Assembly: GCF_006345805.1 (NCBI RefSeq)
Contig: NC_043018.1
Location: forward strand, 28,210,001-28,274,000
Reading direction: 5' to 3'
Length of the DNA: 64,000 nucleotides
From: Octopus sinensis
Lineage: Eukaryota
Positions 39,961-52,899 of the stretch are shown piece after piece; position 1 is the stretch's first letter; every line of letters begins with the position of its first letter. The notes under the pieces were generated by a model, which was not told the DNA's origin, made no database searches, and saw only the letters and a list, made by a program, of their open reading frames with translations. The position numbers were made by a program, and so were the translations under genes.

Positions 39961-40199
39961 AAAAGAACGCGACTAGCGTTCTACAATAACATTTCTCGAC
40001 ATTTTCTAATGTCGAGATGAAAATTACAGAAATGAAATGGGGTTGAAACTGCCCCTAGGGGCGAATTTCTCCCTTGGAAAAGCACTCAAACGAAAGTTGG
40101 GTGCCTTACACACCTTATTTGCAAAAATGTACACAAAATATGGGCTATAAATAGTAAAAAAAAAAGGATGACCTTCGGAGCCGAAGTGACAGCACGTCC

Positions 40200-40276
<77 letters not shown>

Positions 40277-40752
40277 AAAAGGTACATATGCGTTCATACA
40301 TTGGTGTGTTATTTTGACTATAAGTGGTGGGGATAAGTGGGCGGTTATGCAGAGGTGAATTCCAACCACTTCTGTGAGTAAAAGACAGCGATTGAAAAAC
40401 AGTGGAGAGGAAGCCATTATTATACGTACTTCAGCAAAACCATACAGTTAGAAATGGCGGTAATTGGAGAAGTACATCTTATCAGTAGAATTTAAAAGAT
40501 AACAGATAATCCAATAGATCACTAACTATCAAATTATTATACATAGTTACCCATATATACGTATACGTACTCACACATTCGTTCAGACAAATACGCACTC
40601 ACACACACATATATATATGTATGTATGTATGTATTTATGTATGTATATATATATATATATATATACTCAGGGAGTGAGAGACAGGCAAAGACACAGACAC
40701 AAACGGATAGACAGGCAGACAGACATACAGATAGATATATAGACAGACAGAC

Positions 40753-40783
<31 letters not shown>

Positions 40784-40875
40784 TAGATAGATAGATAGAA
40801 ATAGATAGATGGATAGACAGACAGATAGGTAGGTAGAAAGACAGATAGATAGATAGATAGAGAGATAGATAGATA

Positions 40876-43580
40876 TGTTTCTTTATTAGCCACACAGGGC
40901 TGCACACAGATAGAACAAATTACAAGGTAGAGCTTTTCTTTTGAAGGTTTAAAAAATAAAAAAAATTAAAAATTAAAAAATAAAATAAAAATAAAATAAA
41001 AAAGGGGGGGTCGATCAAAAGGGATCGTAAAAGGAGAGAAAGTGGACAAAAAAAAGGGGGGGTTAAAAAAAAAGGGGGAGCGGAAAAAAATTGATCAATA
41101 GGGATCGTTATCACAGAAATGTCAATATGAAGTGTAAAGGGGAGGACAGGTGAGGTTTACCCGTGGAAAGAAAAGCCTACGGAAAAGACCACGGTAACCT
41201 CGGTCAATGAAGTCACATGTTATATTTCTTTTTTTTTTTTTTGCAAATAAGCAACTCTCTGTATTAATTTTTCGGTACATAGAATCATAGTCAAGGTGGC
41301 TTCGTCATTCATACGTGCCATCCTTGTTACATTCACCATCTTTTTTTAAAACATTCACTAGACAAAACTTGCCTCTCTCTCTCACTTTTTTCTTCAAGTG
41401 ATACTTGAAGAAGTTGATGAGAGATTGACCAGAGAGGAAAGTGTTTGTCTCTAATCCTTTCAGACGCGTCCACCAGATACATTCTTTCGCCATAGCCACA
41501 AGTATGATAAAAATAGCTCTTCCTTCCCGTTTGAAGGAAGGAGGCGTGACGATATTAACGATAGACTCGGCTGATAAACCGACACGTCCCACACGTGACA
41601 GCAGTCGTTCGACATAAGCCCACAGGTGGGAAATTGCTGGACACTGCACGATTGCGTGCAGAGCGGTTTCGTCGCTCTGCCCGCATCTCGGGCAGGTCGG
41701 CCCCGTGTTTCTCGAGCCATGCCTATAGAGCTTATCCCAAACGGGTAGCGCTTCTCGGTAGCACCGCCAGGCCAGGGATCTCTGGAAGTTGTCCATAGGT
41801 CCTGGGCCGAAAGTCGTTTGAAACAGGCGGGTCAGGTATTCCTCCTCGTCGACCCCAGGTTTGCCCCGAGCTCGTCGTCGTACCTCCCCTCCACTAATCC
41901 CCTATAGAATGCTTTGGTTGTGTTGAAGTCACTCAAGGTCGACCCGGGACGGCAGAGTTGCTTGAGAGCAACGCGACACTCGCGGTGCCATTCGCCCTTC
42001 TTCGGCCTCTTTTGATCCACGACTGTAGTTCGGTCATGGAGACGAGTTGCGGGAATGCGTGCCTCACAAACGGCGACCACACCTGTTCACCGTCGTCTAC
42101 ATAGAGCCGGAGATGTCGCAGTCTCAGCGCGTGTCTGCGCATCATCAACCACGGCATGCCCAGCCCTCCTTTTAACGGGTGTTGACAGCAAATGGATCGC
42201 CTGACCATCGGGACGCATCCTTTCCACAAGAAGCGGAAGAGGATGCGTTCTACTTTGGTGATGGTAGGGTCGGGACAAGGTACGACGGTCAGGCGGTAGT
42301 AGATGATGGACGCGATGTACGCGTTCACCACCTCCGCCCGACCTTTTAGGGACAGTTTCCTCTCGGCCCATTGCTGGCGAGAGTGACCACCCTACTACTC
42401 GTTATCTCGTTCCAGTTCTTCTCATTTGGAGTCCGGACCGAACCAGACCCCGAGCAACTCAACCGGGCCGTCTGTCCAGCATCCCACGACGGAGGTACTG
42501 GTGGACGCATGGGCTTGCTCTCCAGGTGCGAGCCGCAAGCCCACTGACTTTTCCCGGTTGATTTTTGCTCCTGTCACCGCTTCGTAGTCTTTCAGTGTCT
42601 CGCCGACCCGCTCGATGTGCTTGTGGCTTGACACTATGACGGTGACGTCGTCCGCGTATGCAGACACGCTCGTCCCGCATCCTAATTCTCGCGGGATCCC
42701 CTCAGAGTCGCCAGCTTCCGCAGTAGTGGCTCAAGAGTCAATACGTATAGAAGCGCCGAGAGGGGGCATCCCTGACGGACCGAACGTGCAATGTCGAAGG
42801 GTCTCGATAGATGTCCATTTACGCGAATTACCGAACGGATGCCTCTGTACAAGGCAGCTATCCAGCCGCGGAAGACGGGACCGAAACCAGCCGCTCTCAG
42901 GACTGCCTCCAAGTATCGATGGTCTACCCTATCAAAGGCTTTCGATTGATCCAAGTTGATCAGGGCCCCACCCATGCCAGGTTCGTTAACTACCCTGTCT
43001 ATGATGTAGCGCATCAGATGGAGGTTGTCATGGATGCTCCGGCCCGGCACGGCGCACGTTTGTGCGTTGTCGACCAGAGTTTCTCCATGACAAGCGCCAA
43101 CCTCTTGGCTAACACCTTTGTAAAAATTTTCAGGTCTCTGCATTGAGCAGAGTGATTGGCCTAAAGTTATCTATAATGTTTCCCTTGTTTGGATCTTTCT
43201 TCAGCAGAGTTACAGCTCCTCGACTCACAAAACGGGTATGCTCCCGTTTTGCTGCCAGTTGCAGTATACCGCTGCCAAGACGTCTCCAAACAAGTCTGGC
43301 ATACAATAGTAAAATTCGTAGGGTAGACCATCCAAACGGTGATTTGTCCCTCGAGCATTCTGCCATCGCTTCCCGCACTTCCGCCGCCGTGATGGCACCT
43401 TCGCAGCCCCCTGCCTTTCTTGTCGAGAGTCGTGGCAGGCTATGTAGGTAGGCACTGAAGTCTACCCTACGTTCTTGCCCTCCACTCGCCCCGAACAGTC
43501 GGGCAAAATGCTGCTGAAAGGCCTCACACATTTTACTTGGCTCGAGCAATTCGCGCCCCTGTTCATCTACCAGTGACCGA
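40876..43580 (-). mobile_element. 5'-truncated second L1/Tx1-like copy (diverged subfamily), flanked by (GATA)n on both sides
   Basis: Same RT and CCHC motifs with many frameshifts. Homology to copy 1 runs to 43580, directly followed by (GATA)n. 3' end is AATAAAgaaac then (TATC)n. Confidence 0.9.
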
Positions 43581-43886
<306 letters not shown>

Positions 43887-44146
43887 ATAAATGAAAACAG
43901 GATTTTGTGAAATATTTTGGCATTAATTATTTAACATTGTATTTGATTCATTTGCTAAATCGAGTGAGAAAAGATGTAAGATGTCTTCTATTGGAAATTC
44001 TTCAGACAGAAAATCAAATAAATCATCACACAAATATAATAAATACATACGGAGTTTTGGAATACTGGAATAAGCAGATGTGTTTCAAGAATACACACTT
44101 GATTTTAAGCTATCTACATTATACATACACACATACACACATACAA

Positions 44147-44177
<31 letters not shown>

Positions 44178-44246
44178 TACAAACACACACACACACACAT
44201 ACAAACACACACACACATACAAACACACACACATATATGTATTTTT

Positions 44247-44636
44247 TTTTACTTGTTTCAGTCATTTGACTGCGGCCATGCTGGAGCACCACCTTTATTC
44301 GAGCAAATCGCCCCCGGGACTTATTCTTTGTAAGCCCAGTACTTATTCTATCGGTCACTTTTGCCGAACCGCTAGGTGACGGGGACATAAACACACCAGC
44401 ATCGGTTGTGAAGCAATGCTAGAGGGACAAACACAGATACACAGACACTTACATACACACACATATATATATATACATATATACGACAGGCTTCTTTCAG
44501 TTTCCGTCTACCAAATCCACTCACAAGGCTTTGGTCGGCCCAAGGAAGACACTTGCCCAAGATGCCACGCAGTGGGACTGAACCGGAACCATGTGGTTGG
44601 TTAGCAAGCTACTTACCACACAGCCACTCCTGTGCC
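44247..44636 (-). mobile_element. SINE family A
   Basis: tRNA-like head (ggagtggctgtgtggtaag...ggttcagtccc), CORE-like cttgggcaagtgtctt, shared 3' part. Confidence 0.9.
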
Positions 44637-44647
44637 TATATATATAT

Positions 44648-45922
44648 ATATAAAGGAAATGAAGAAAATGCTGACAAAATAATTTAAGTAAGGGAGAGTG
44701 TATTTAATTAGGTGAAAGTTCTTTTTTTAAACAAAAAAAGAGAAAAATTGGGTTAGAATACAATGTTAATTTTTTGTGAATGATTTCAAAGTATAAGAAA
44801 AAGAGTAAGAGTCTTTTACAGTGTTCTGTTTCAGAATAAATTATTTAGTAAAAGCGAGTAATATACAGTTTTTTGTGGAAAAGTTCAATGTCAGATTTCA
44901 GTGTAGGATAAAAAAAAGTAAGAGTTTACCGGTTTCGCATTTGTTATGCTAATCAAATATATTTTGAGTGAGATAGAGTTCCTTTCTGATTGATTTTTCC
45001 CTTATCTGACTTTATGTTGGGTTTGCTGTCTCTTATATGTGAAAAAAAAGGCTCCAGAGTTGTTTAAGATTTGCTTGGTTTCGCGTCTAAAATTTCTTGT
45101 GGACAATGGTCAATACAATTTGATTGGTCATTATAAAGGAGTCACGTGAATGTTTGAATGGAAGTTGGTGTTGGGGTAAGAAAATAGGCTCCAGAGATGT
45201 TAAAATTTGGCTGGTATCGCGCCTAAATTTTCTTATTGGTCATATAAGAGGAGGTCACGTGAATGTGGTCATAATAGAGAGGTCACGTGAATGTGGTCAT
45301 AATAGAGAGGTCACGTGAATGTTTAGAATGAATGTTGGTGTAGGTGGTGTATGGAGTTTTCGAAAATAGCGTTGTTGAAAATTCTTATTGTTCAGGCTGG
45401 TCAGTAGACGTCATGTGGATATTTTGAATAGCTTTTTAGCGCGTAGTTAAGGAGTGTATTTTCCGCTTGACTGAATTTGAGCTGGAAAAGTAAGTTCGTT
45501 TAGGACAGGAAGAGCTATATGTATGTATGTGTGCACGCGCGCGTGTGTGTGTGTGTGTGTTTATATGTATGTTGGGGCGCGCGGCGTGTATATGTGTGCG
45601 TGTGTGTGTGGGTACAATTTTCAATATTTATAGTTCTGCTGGCCTTGTGCCTGTATCGGGAAGCAACGTGTTTGTGTGAAGTCAATATTTACAGTCATTT
45701 CCCCAAAATAGTGTTGGATGTTTTGCAAACATCCAAACACTATTTTTTGGAAATGTAAAAGATGCTTACTCTTTTTCTTTTACACTGAAATCATTCACAA
45801 AAATGAACATGTATTCTAACCCAATTTTTCTCTTTTTTTGTTTTAAAAAAGAACTTTCACCTAATTAAATACACTCTCCTTACTAAAATTATTTGTCAGC
45901 ATTTTCTTCATTTCCTTTTTTA
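44648..45922. mobile_element. 1.27 kb unit with ~165 bp terminal inverted repeats, TA flanks, decayed HHR and CCAAT/CACGTG repeats
   Basis: 44648-44810 is the reverse complement of ~45765-45922. HHR-like motif at 44924-44959 (-). TCACGTGA occurs four times between ~45143 and 45320. Confidence 0.7.
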
Positions 45923-45955
45923 TATATCACAACTCGTGTTCCACATCTCCTTTTT

Positions 45956-46020
<65 letters not shown>

Positions 46021-46331
46021 TGCACATAGTAATTCCTCGATATACAAGTTAATTCTTTCTTGGAGAAGGCTCGCGTAGAGAAAAATCTTAAATAGAATAT
46101 AAAACTCGTAAAAGCTCATAAAGCGGGCCCTCGTAAAGTGAGGTTTTACTGAATTTAATGTTCTTTTACGAGAAACGTTTTTGAGTATGCATATAAGAAT
46201 CTATATTTTATTGACGGCTGCAGGGCTATTATTGCAAGGATCAGGTAAGTAGTGGAAACGCGCAGAATGATGCATTAAAATATTTATAATTTCCCTCCAT
46301 GAATTATTATCACTTTTAGTCGCTCTCTCTA

Positions 46332-46434
<103 letters not shown>

Positions 46435-46435
46435 C

Positions 46436-46478
<43 letters not shown>

Positions 46479-46639
46479 ATAGATAGATAGAGATAGATAG
46501 ACACACAGATGGATGTAGATCTGTCTGTCTGTCTGTCCTCTCTCTCTGTTTATATATTTCGCCATCATTGATCACTAGCCAGTAAACCTTTCTTTTTTAT
46601 TTTGTCTTTCTTTTTTATTTTGTCTTTCTTTTTTATTTC

Positions 46640-46780
46640 GCGTTCCTGCTGTTGAAGAGCGTAGGCTCGAAACATAAAATACTTTCTCACTTCCCGGCGT
46701 TAAACTAATACATCTCTTTGTTGTTTACACACACGTCTTCGTAATTTTTTTTATTTGTTTTATGTAAATTCCGACTATAT
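46640..46780 (+). mobile_element. Family H copy with A6U hammerhead-like motif (46645-46681)
   Basis: CTGTTGA A GAGC-GTAG-GCTC GAAA CA TA. Confidence 0.75.
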
Positions 46781-46854
46781 ATATAGATATATTATATATA
46801 TATATATATATATAATGATATATATATGTATATATATATACATATGCATAGTAG

Positions 46855-46885
<31 letters not shown>

Positions 46886-46929
46886 TTATATATATATATA
46901 ATATAGTATATATATATATATATATATAA

Positions 46930-47190
46930 TATATAATATAATTCGAGGCAAAACCATATTAAAACCAAACAAGGAAAGACTTAATCAATACATAAAATTT
47001 TAATATAAATTAAATAATTATTTTTATTTATATAAAATTTTATGTATTGATTAAGTCTTCCTTGTTTGGTTTTAAAATAGTGGTTTTGTCTCGAATTATA
47101 TTATATAATATTTTACTATAAAATTGGATTTAACCCTAAATCTGATTTTTCCCTGTAATTTTGGATTCATTCCCTAATATTTATTATATA
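46930..47190. mobile_element. Fold-back PLE terminal unit without HHR
   Basis: Arms ~46930-47010 and ~47025-47106. The right arm continues to the family terminus attccctaatatttatta(TA)n. Confidence 0.85.
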
Positions 47191-47216
47191 TATATATATA
47201 TATATGTATGCATATA

Positions 47217-47590
47217 TAGAGGGGTTGGACAAAATAACGGAAACACCTAGCATAATAGCATCATAATTTTGAAATATCTATAAAACCGTCAAAAGCTTAT
47301 TTATTTTTATGTTTTTTTTTAATTTATTATTAGTGTTGCTTAATATGTTTTGCTAAAATTGCTGGGTTTTTTTCAGATATCAACAGAAAAAGGTAATTAA
47401 AATTCATTCATTAAAATGACAGATCTATCGGACTTTCAAAGGTGTCAAATTGTTGGTGCTCGTATGGCAGGCGCTAGAGTAACGAAAACAGCCGAAATAT
47501 TTAGTGTATCAAGAAGTCTGCCTCGAAAGTAATGGCAGCCTTTGAGAAAGGTCGAAAAACCTCCTCGTGGAAATAAAACGCCGGAAGAAT
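47217..47590 (+). mobile_element. Tc1-like transposon 5' fragment
   Basis: TIR-like gaggggttggacaaaataacggaaacacc. ATG at 47416 gives MTDLSDFQRCQIVGARMAGARVTKTAEIFSVSRS (paired-type HTH of Tc1 transposases). Confidence 0.8.
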
Positions 47591-48394
47591 TGTTAAAATT
47601 GTCAACATTTTCTAACTCAAAAGGATTTTATGGCAATATTCTTCAAACGTGATTTTATCTCTCTCGCGGCATGTTCCTTTTATCAGCTATTTAGGTTATT
47701 AGTCGCACACCTAGTTTTGTTGTTTTACCACACTGAAATCTTGTCTGCTGTGTTATATTAGTCAGCCAAATATTGAGTGAGTTGATGCCATTTACCACAG
47801 ACTTCAGTGATCATATGCACCAAACATGTGATTAAATGCGAGAGATAAGAAGACGTAGATGTTATTAGATACAGAGAGATAAGAAGACATAGATGTTATT
47901 AATGCTGTATTTGGCATTTGTACAAAGAAAATACAGTAAATATATTTCTATACATACGGACCTAAATGATAATACTTGTGCTTTTATATTATATAGAAAT
48001 GAAAAGTTAATAGATACTCCATTCTTACACTCATTCTGACTCAAATTTTCGAACACATAGGATATTGTGATATAGGTAAATAAATGTAGATTTATTGCTT
48101 CCCCACCGGACACTTTCATACAGATATCAAAACTTAACTGTCCGTATAGTTGCAGGAAAAATCTTTTTAATCACATTGTATGCGTCAACAGCATATATTG
48201 CTTGGAATAAATGAGCGAACATAAAAGGGGAACAGTGCTGAAAACAAACGAGGCACAGTTAGTTGGTTCATTTATAATTGTACATATAAAATAAAGACCT
48301 TAGGCTACGAGACAGTATATATATATATATCACGGTGATATACACAGACACACACACACACACACATAAATATATATATATACGTATTTATATC

Positions 48395-48645
48395 ATCGTG
48401 ACCGACCAGGCTATCAGATGTTGCTACACATCGCTGGTCACAATGCGCTTCGCATTGTTTTAGCCTCAAATGACGCATCCCGCTGCCTAAGCGAGCAGGC
48501 CAACAGAAGAAAGAGTGAGAGAAAATTGTGGCGAAAGAGTACAGCAGGATCGCCATTACCCCCCGCCGGAGCCTCGTGGAGTTTTAGGTTTTTCGCTCAG
48601 TCTTGGATCGAAACCGCGAGTCCGCTGCCCTAACCACTGGGCCAT
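48395..48645 (-). mobile_element. tRNA-derived SINE
   Basis: Minus strand starts atggcccagtggttagggcagcggactcgcggtttcgatcc (A and B boxes). Confidence 0.75.
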
Positions 48646-48663
48646 ATAATATATATATATCTA

Positions 48664-48708
<45 letters not shown>

Positions 48709-48725
48709 ATATATATAGTATGTAA

Positions 48726-48777
<52 letters not shown>

Positions 48778-48881
48778 TATATATATATATAGTATATATA
48801 TACATATATATATATATATTTACAAACCGTTAGAGCTACACTGTTCTAACGCTCTGTGCATCTCTAGATTGGAAGGCTCAA

Positions 48882-48955
48882 CCACTGACGAACCTTGCCT
48901 GGGCAACCCATATTCTGTATTTTTGCTAGAAAGAGGTAGAAACTGATCAGTCTGG
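48882..48955 (+). ncRNA. Minimal hammerhead ribozyme in a solo pLTR-like unit (~48820-49140)
   Basis: CCA CTGACGA ACCT...AGGT A GAAA CTGATCAG TC^TGG. 10-nt palindrome ACTGATCAGT, GUC site, one extra A before G12. Confidence 0.7.
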
Positions 48956-49165
48956 GATACATCTATAATGGTAATGTTTTTGATTTTCATTCCTTGATGA
49001 ATTTATCCCTCTTTGTGGTTTCTAACACTTGCTTCCTTATTTGGGAGCTTTATTATATTTCTATACGAAAATATATTGTCTAATGACTAATTCGTCTTTA
49101 GTGCTAGGCCACTGTTAATAATAACTTATGTTATTACCCTTTTTAATTATGTTTATATATATATG

Positions 49166-49196
<31 letters not shown>

Positions 49197-49372
49197 ATAT
49201 AATAATAATATTAGGAATAATCCAAATTTACAGGGAAAAAATCAGATTTAGGATTAAATCCAATTTTTATAGTAAATATTATAAATATTATTAGAGACAA
49301 AACCACTATTTGCAAAACAAACAAGGAAAGACTTAATCAATACATAAATTTTAATAATAGTCAAAAAAACCG

Positions 49373-49415
49373 CCACTACAATGGTTTCTTGTCTTGATCG
49401 ACAATCTTCAGGTGG
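49373..49415 (-). ncRNA. Minimal hammerhead ribozyme (left mirror copy)
   Basis: CCAC CTGAAGA TTGTC-GATCAA-GACAA GAAA CCATTG TA^GTGG. One substitution breaks the palindrome. Confidence 0.75.
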
Positions 49416-49461
49416 ACTTCCAATAAGTCATTTCAAATTATGAAACTGACTTATTGGAAGT

Positions 49462-49504
49462 CCACCTGAAGATTGTCGATCAAGACAAGAAACAATTGTA
49501 GTGG
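49462..49504 (+). ncRNA. Minimal hammerhead ribozyme (right copy, fully paired)
   Basis: CCAC CTGAAGA TTGTC-GATCAA-GACAA GAAA CAATTG TA^GTGG. ACAATTGT palindrome. Confidence 0.85.
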
Positions 49505-49592
49505 CGGTTTTTTTTGACTATTTATTAAAATTTATGTATTGATTAAGTCTTTCCTTGTTTGTTTTGCAAAATATGTGGTTTTGTCTCTAATA

Positions 49593-49639
<47 letters not shown>

Positions 49640-49734
49640 TATATACATATATATATTTATTAAATTTAATCATCAATGTACTTTCCCTAATTATCTATGA
49701 CTTCCTTCCATCTATTTACAAGCTTTTGAATACC

Positions 49735-49920
49735 TATTTCTTTACTACCTCACAAGGGCTAACACAGAGAGACAAACAAGGACCGACAAACGGTACATAT
49801 TTAATCGACCCCCGAAAGGATGAAAGGCAAAGTGGACCGTGGCGGAATTTGAACACAGAACGTAGCCGCAGACGAAATGCCGCTAGGCATTTCGCCCGGC
49901 GTGCTAAGGATTCTGCCAGA
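49735..49920 (-). mobile_element. SINE family B
   Basis: atcgaccccgaaaggatgaaaggcaaagt...ctgccag. Confidence 0.8.
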
Positions 49921-50418
49921 ACTCGTTACTTCGTATTCAAACTTCCGGCATATTAACCAGCGATCGTTTCAGGCTAAATGATACGCACTTACACACACAG
50001 AAAGAGTAGCCACAAGGGTTAATGAACGGGAGGATGGAAATATGTGTAATTATCACCATTAGTATCAATGACATAAATGTGATTGCATAAACAAATATTG
50101 CCAAACATTCAGATTAATAAAATCTAACAGCTTAAGAGAGCGGGAGAACAGCTTATGCTGAAATAAAACGGAATGTATTCATCTGACAGATTAAAAGAAT
50201 GTAAAATCGAACATCTTAAAAACTGAACAAAAATAATCACGTGAATTATAGAAATGAAGAGAATAAAAATTAAAGTTGAAGTAAATAATACACACACACA
50301 TGTGCACAGCCAAGCACACACACGTGCACAACCACACACACAAACACACACATGTATTTGTATGTGTGTGTATGTCAGTAATATTTATTTGTAGTTTAAT
50401 TTCTGTAAATCTGTTATT

Positions 50419-50481
<63 letters not shown>

Positions 50482-51102
50482 ACTATATATATACATATGC
50501 ATATGTACGTAGGTGTATATATGTATGCATAATTATATACTTTATTAATAATATATGTTTGTATGTATATATATTTGTATATATTTGTATATACATATTC
50601 AATATTTGCATATACATATATATATATATATATATATAATATATATATATATATAATAATATTATAAATATAGATAAAATATACATACATATTTGTATGT
50701 ATATATATATATATATATATATATTTGCGTGTATGTGTTTGTGTGTGTATACGTGTGTGTATGTACAAAATCTTTAGGTTTTAGAAATTGAGGCTTTTTG
50801 TTAAATGACTTTTCTTTCCATTTTTAAGTCTTTCATCGAATTTTGACAAATGGCAAATAATAAGAAATGGAAATATTAGGTTTTGTATGGACAGGCATCA
50901 TTCTATGAGTTTCTGGAGAGTACCACCTCATCAGACAATAGATAGCTAGCAATTTTGGTATTCATTATATCCAAATAGAATCCTATAATTCTTGTAATGT
51001 ATTACATTCTATGAATATGCGATGTTGTTATAATAGAGCAGATATTAGTTCTTATCGGTGTGTGTGTTTCTATGTACATGTATGCGTATGCGTTTTCCAT
51101 TA

Positions 51103-51152
<50 letters not shown>

Positions 51153-51327
51153 GCGTGCGCGAGTGCTTGTGTATGTGTATATGTGTGCTATAGTTATATC
51201 ATTCTTTATAAAACTTGGTAACTTGGAATCCACCATATAAACCTCCCGCCATTCATATATCGCAATTACGCTTCCATCACCTATGTATATGTGTGTATAT
51301 GTGTATGTTCGATTTTATACTTGCCTA

Positions 51328-51395
<68 letters not shown>

Positions 51396-52156
51396 CATAC
51401 ACATACATACATACATATATAGATGCATACATATAAATATATATATATATATATGCATGAATGTAAAATATATGCATACACACAAGTAGTGATATAGCTG
51501 TATACACATATATATATGAATATATTACGTATGTGTATGCATATATATATATACACACACACACATATATGCATATATATATATGTGTGTGTGTGTGGAT
51601 GTATGCATACATATATAATTATACACACTTGTGTGCAGGCATACTAGTCTTGTGTGTATACCTGAGCACATCATATCTGTGGTAACCGTTTTGTAAACTT
51701 AAATTGTCTTCTAAATTGAATATGTTCATTCATTTAACAGTCCAATATTGTTGAAAATCTAAAGAATATGAGGTTTTCTTGAAATATTGATATGTGACCA
51801 TATTGAATATAGTCTTTCTCATATTTTAAGGAATATCAATTTCTATAATTTGTAGCATATTTTTAGAATTGCCAAATTTCAGATTAAATTTTTTTTCCAA
51901 ATTCAAAATATGAGGTCGTTATAATTTGCTTGTAAAGGGAGATAGTGACGATATCTATTACCAGTACTAATACATATTCATTATTCGTTCAGATAAATAT
52001 GAAAGGATATTCCATATTTAGTCTTGCATACGTCTCAAGCCGTTTATTTTCTGATAAAATCAAGTATAAATTAATGAGACTTAAACACGAATAAACAGTA
52101 TACGTTTAAACATGGATAAATATACTCCTACATATATGCAAATATAAATATACAAC

Positions 52157-52197
<41 letters not shown>

Positions 52198-52899
52198 ATG
52201 TTTGTATGATTTTTTCATTAAGTTTTATTCAAGTTTGTAAGAGAGTTCAAGTAACTCGCTAACAAGCCGACAAAAGGCTTTGAGTTAAGAGGCATCCCGG
52301 TCTTTGTAAGAATATGGTTGGGTTAGTATGTTGGTTGAACTGTCGATGTATACACCCCAAGTGTGTTCATATAATCACCTAAAGAATCTCAGACGGGGAA
52401 GCCTTGGAATCCCTTATAAATCTTTACTGTGCCACTAATAGATTGGATTTGGATGATACGCGTGGGTTCCTTTGTTCTTTCTTCGAAAAACTTCGTATTT
52501 TTCGGCTTTCGTGTAAATTGGTTGGTATGTAACCAATGCACCGATATTGATACGTACAAATTAGAATTTGTAATCAGGGGACAAGAGTGGTAAGTTCCAC
52601 ATTAATTCACCATAAATGCCTTTTTCCTTCCTTTAATTATGATTGTACATTCACATTCACTGGGAAGCTGACATCTACAAATATTCATCCCTTTTGTTCC
52701 CTGTCCCACAGAACAATCTCAGGTTTGTTATGTTTGTCCAAATTTGCTGGGTTTTCTTTTTTTTAATTGGTCCCTAGAATTTCTTGTTAAAGGTTTGGAT
52801 ACCTGAGCGCTGTGATCTTTGAAACTGTAGCCTGCCTCAGAGTCAGGTAGTATCTCGAATACATTGTTATAACAGAGCCGACATTTTTTTATCACAACT

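Larger units (their letters stand above)
34724..40199 (-). mobile_element. Apparently full-length L1/Tx1-like LINE (~5.5 kb), decayed, flanked by (GATA)n on both sides
   Basis: ORF1-like region from ATG 39960. APE motifs (DIVAISETRL, LLVGDWNATL, SYLDRIL), RT (NFRPITLLNADLKILAK, DQSKAFDRV, QGCLLSALLY, YADD), CCHC (CPRC...ETVLHALVQC). AATAAA then (TATC)n at the 3' end. Confidence 0.9.
49205..49592. mobile_element. Fold-back PLE terminal unit with two divergent HHRs
   Basis: Arms ~49287-49435 and 49441-49592 with loop aatta. The left arm continues to the family terminus at ~49205. Confidence 0.9.

Noticed and set aside
45232-45320. 27-bp repeats as a CRISPR-like array
   Set aside because: They are tandem units without unique spacers, in eukaryotic DNA with no cas genes.
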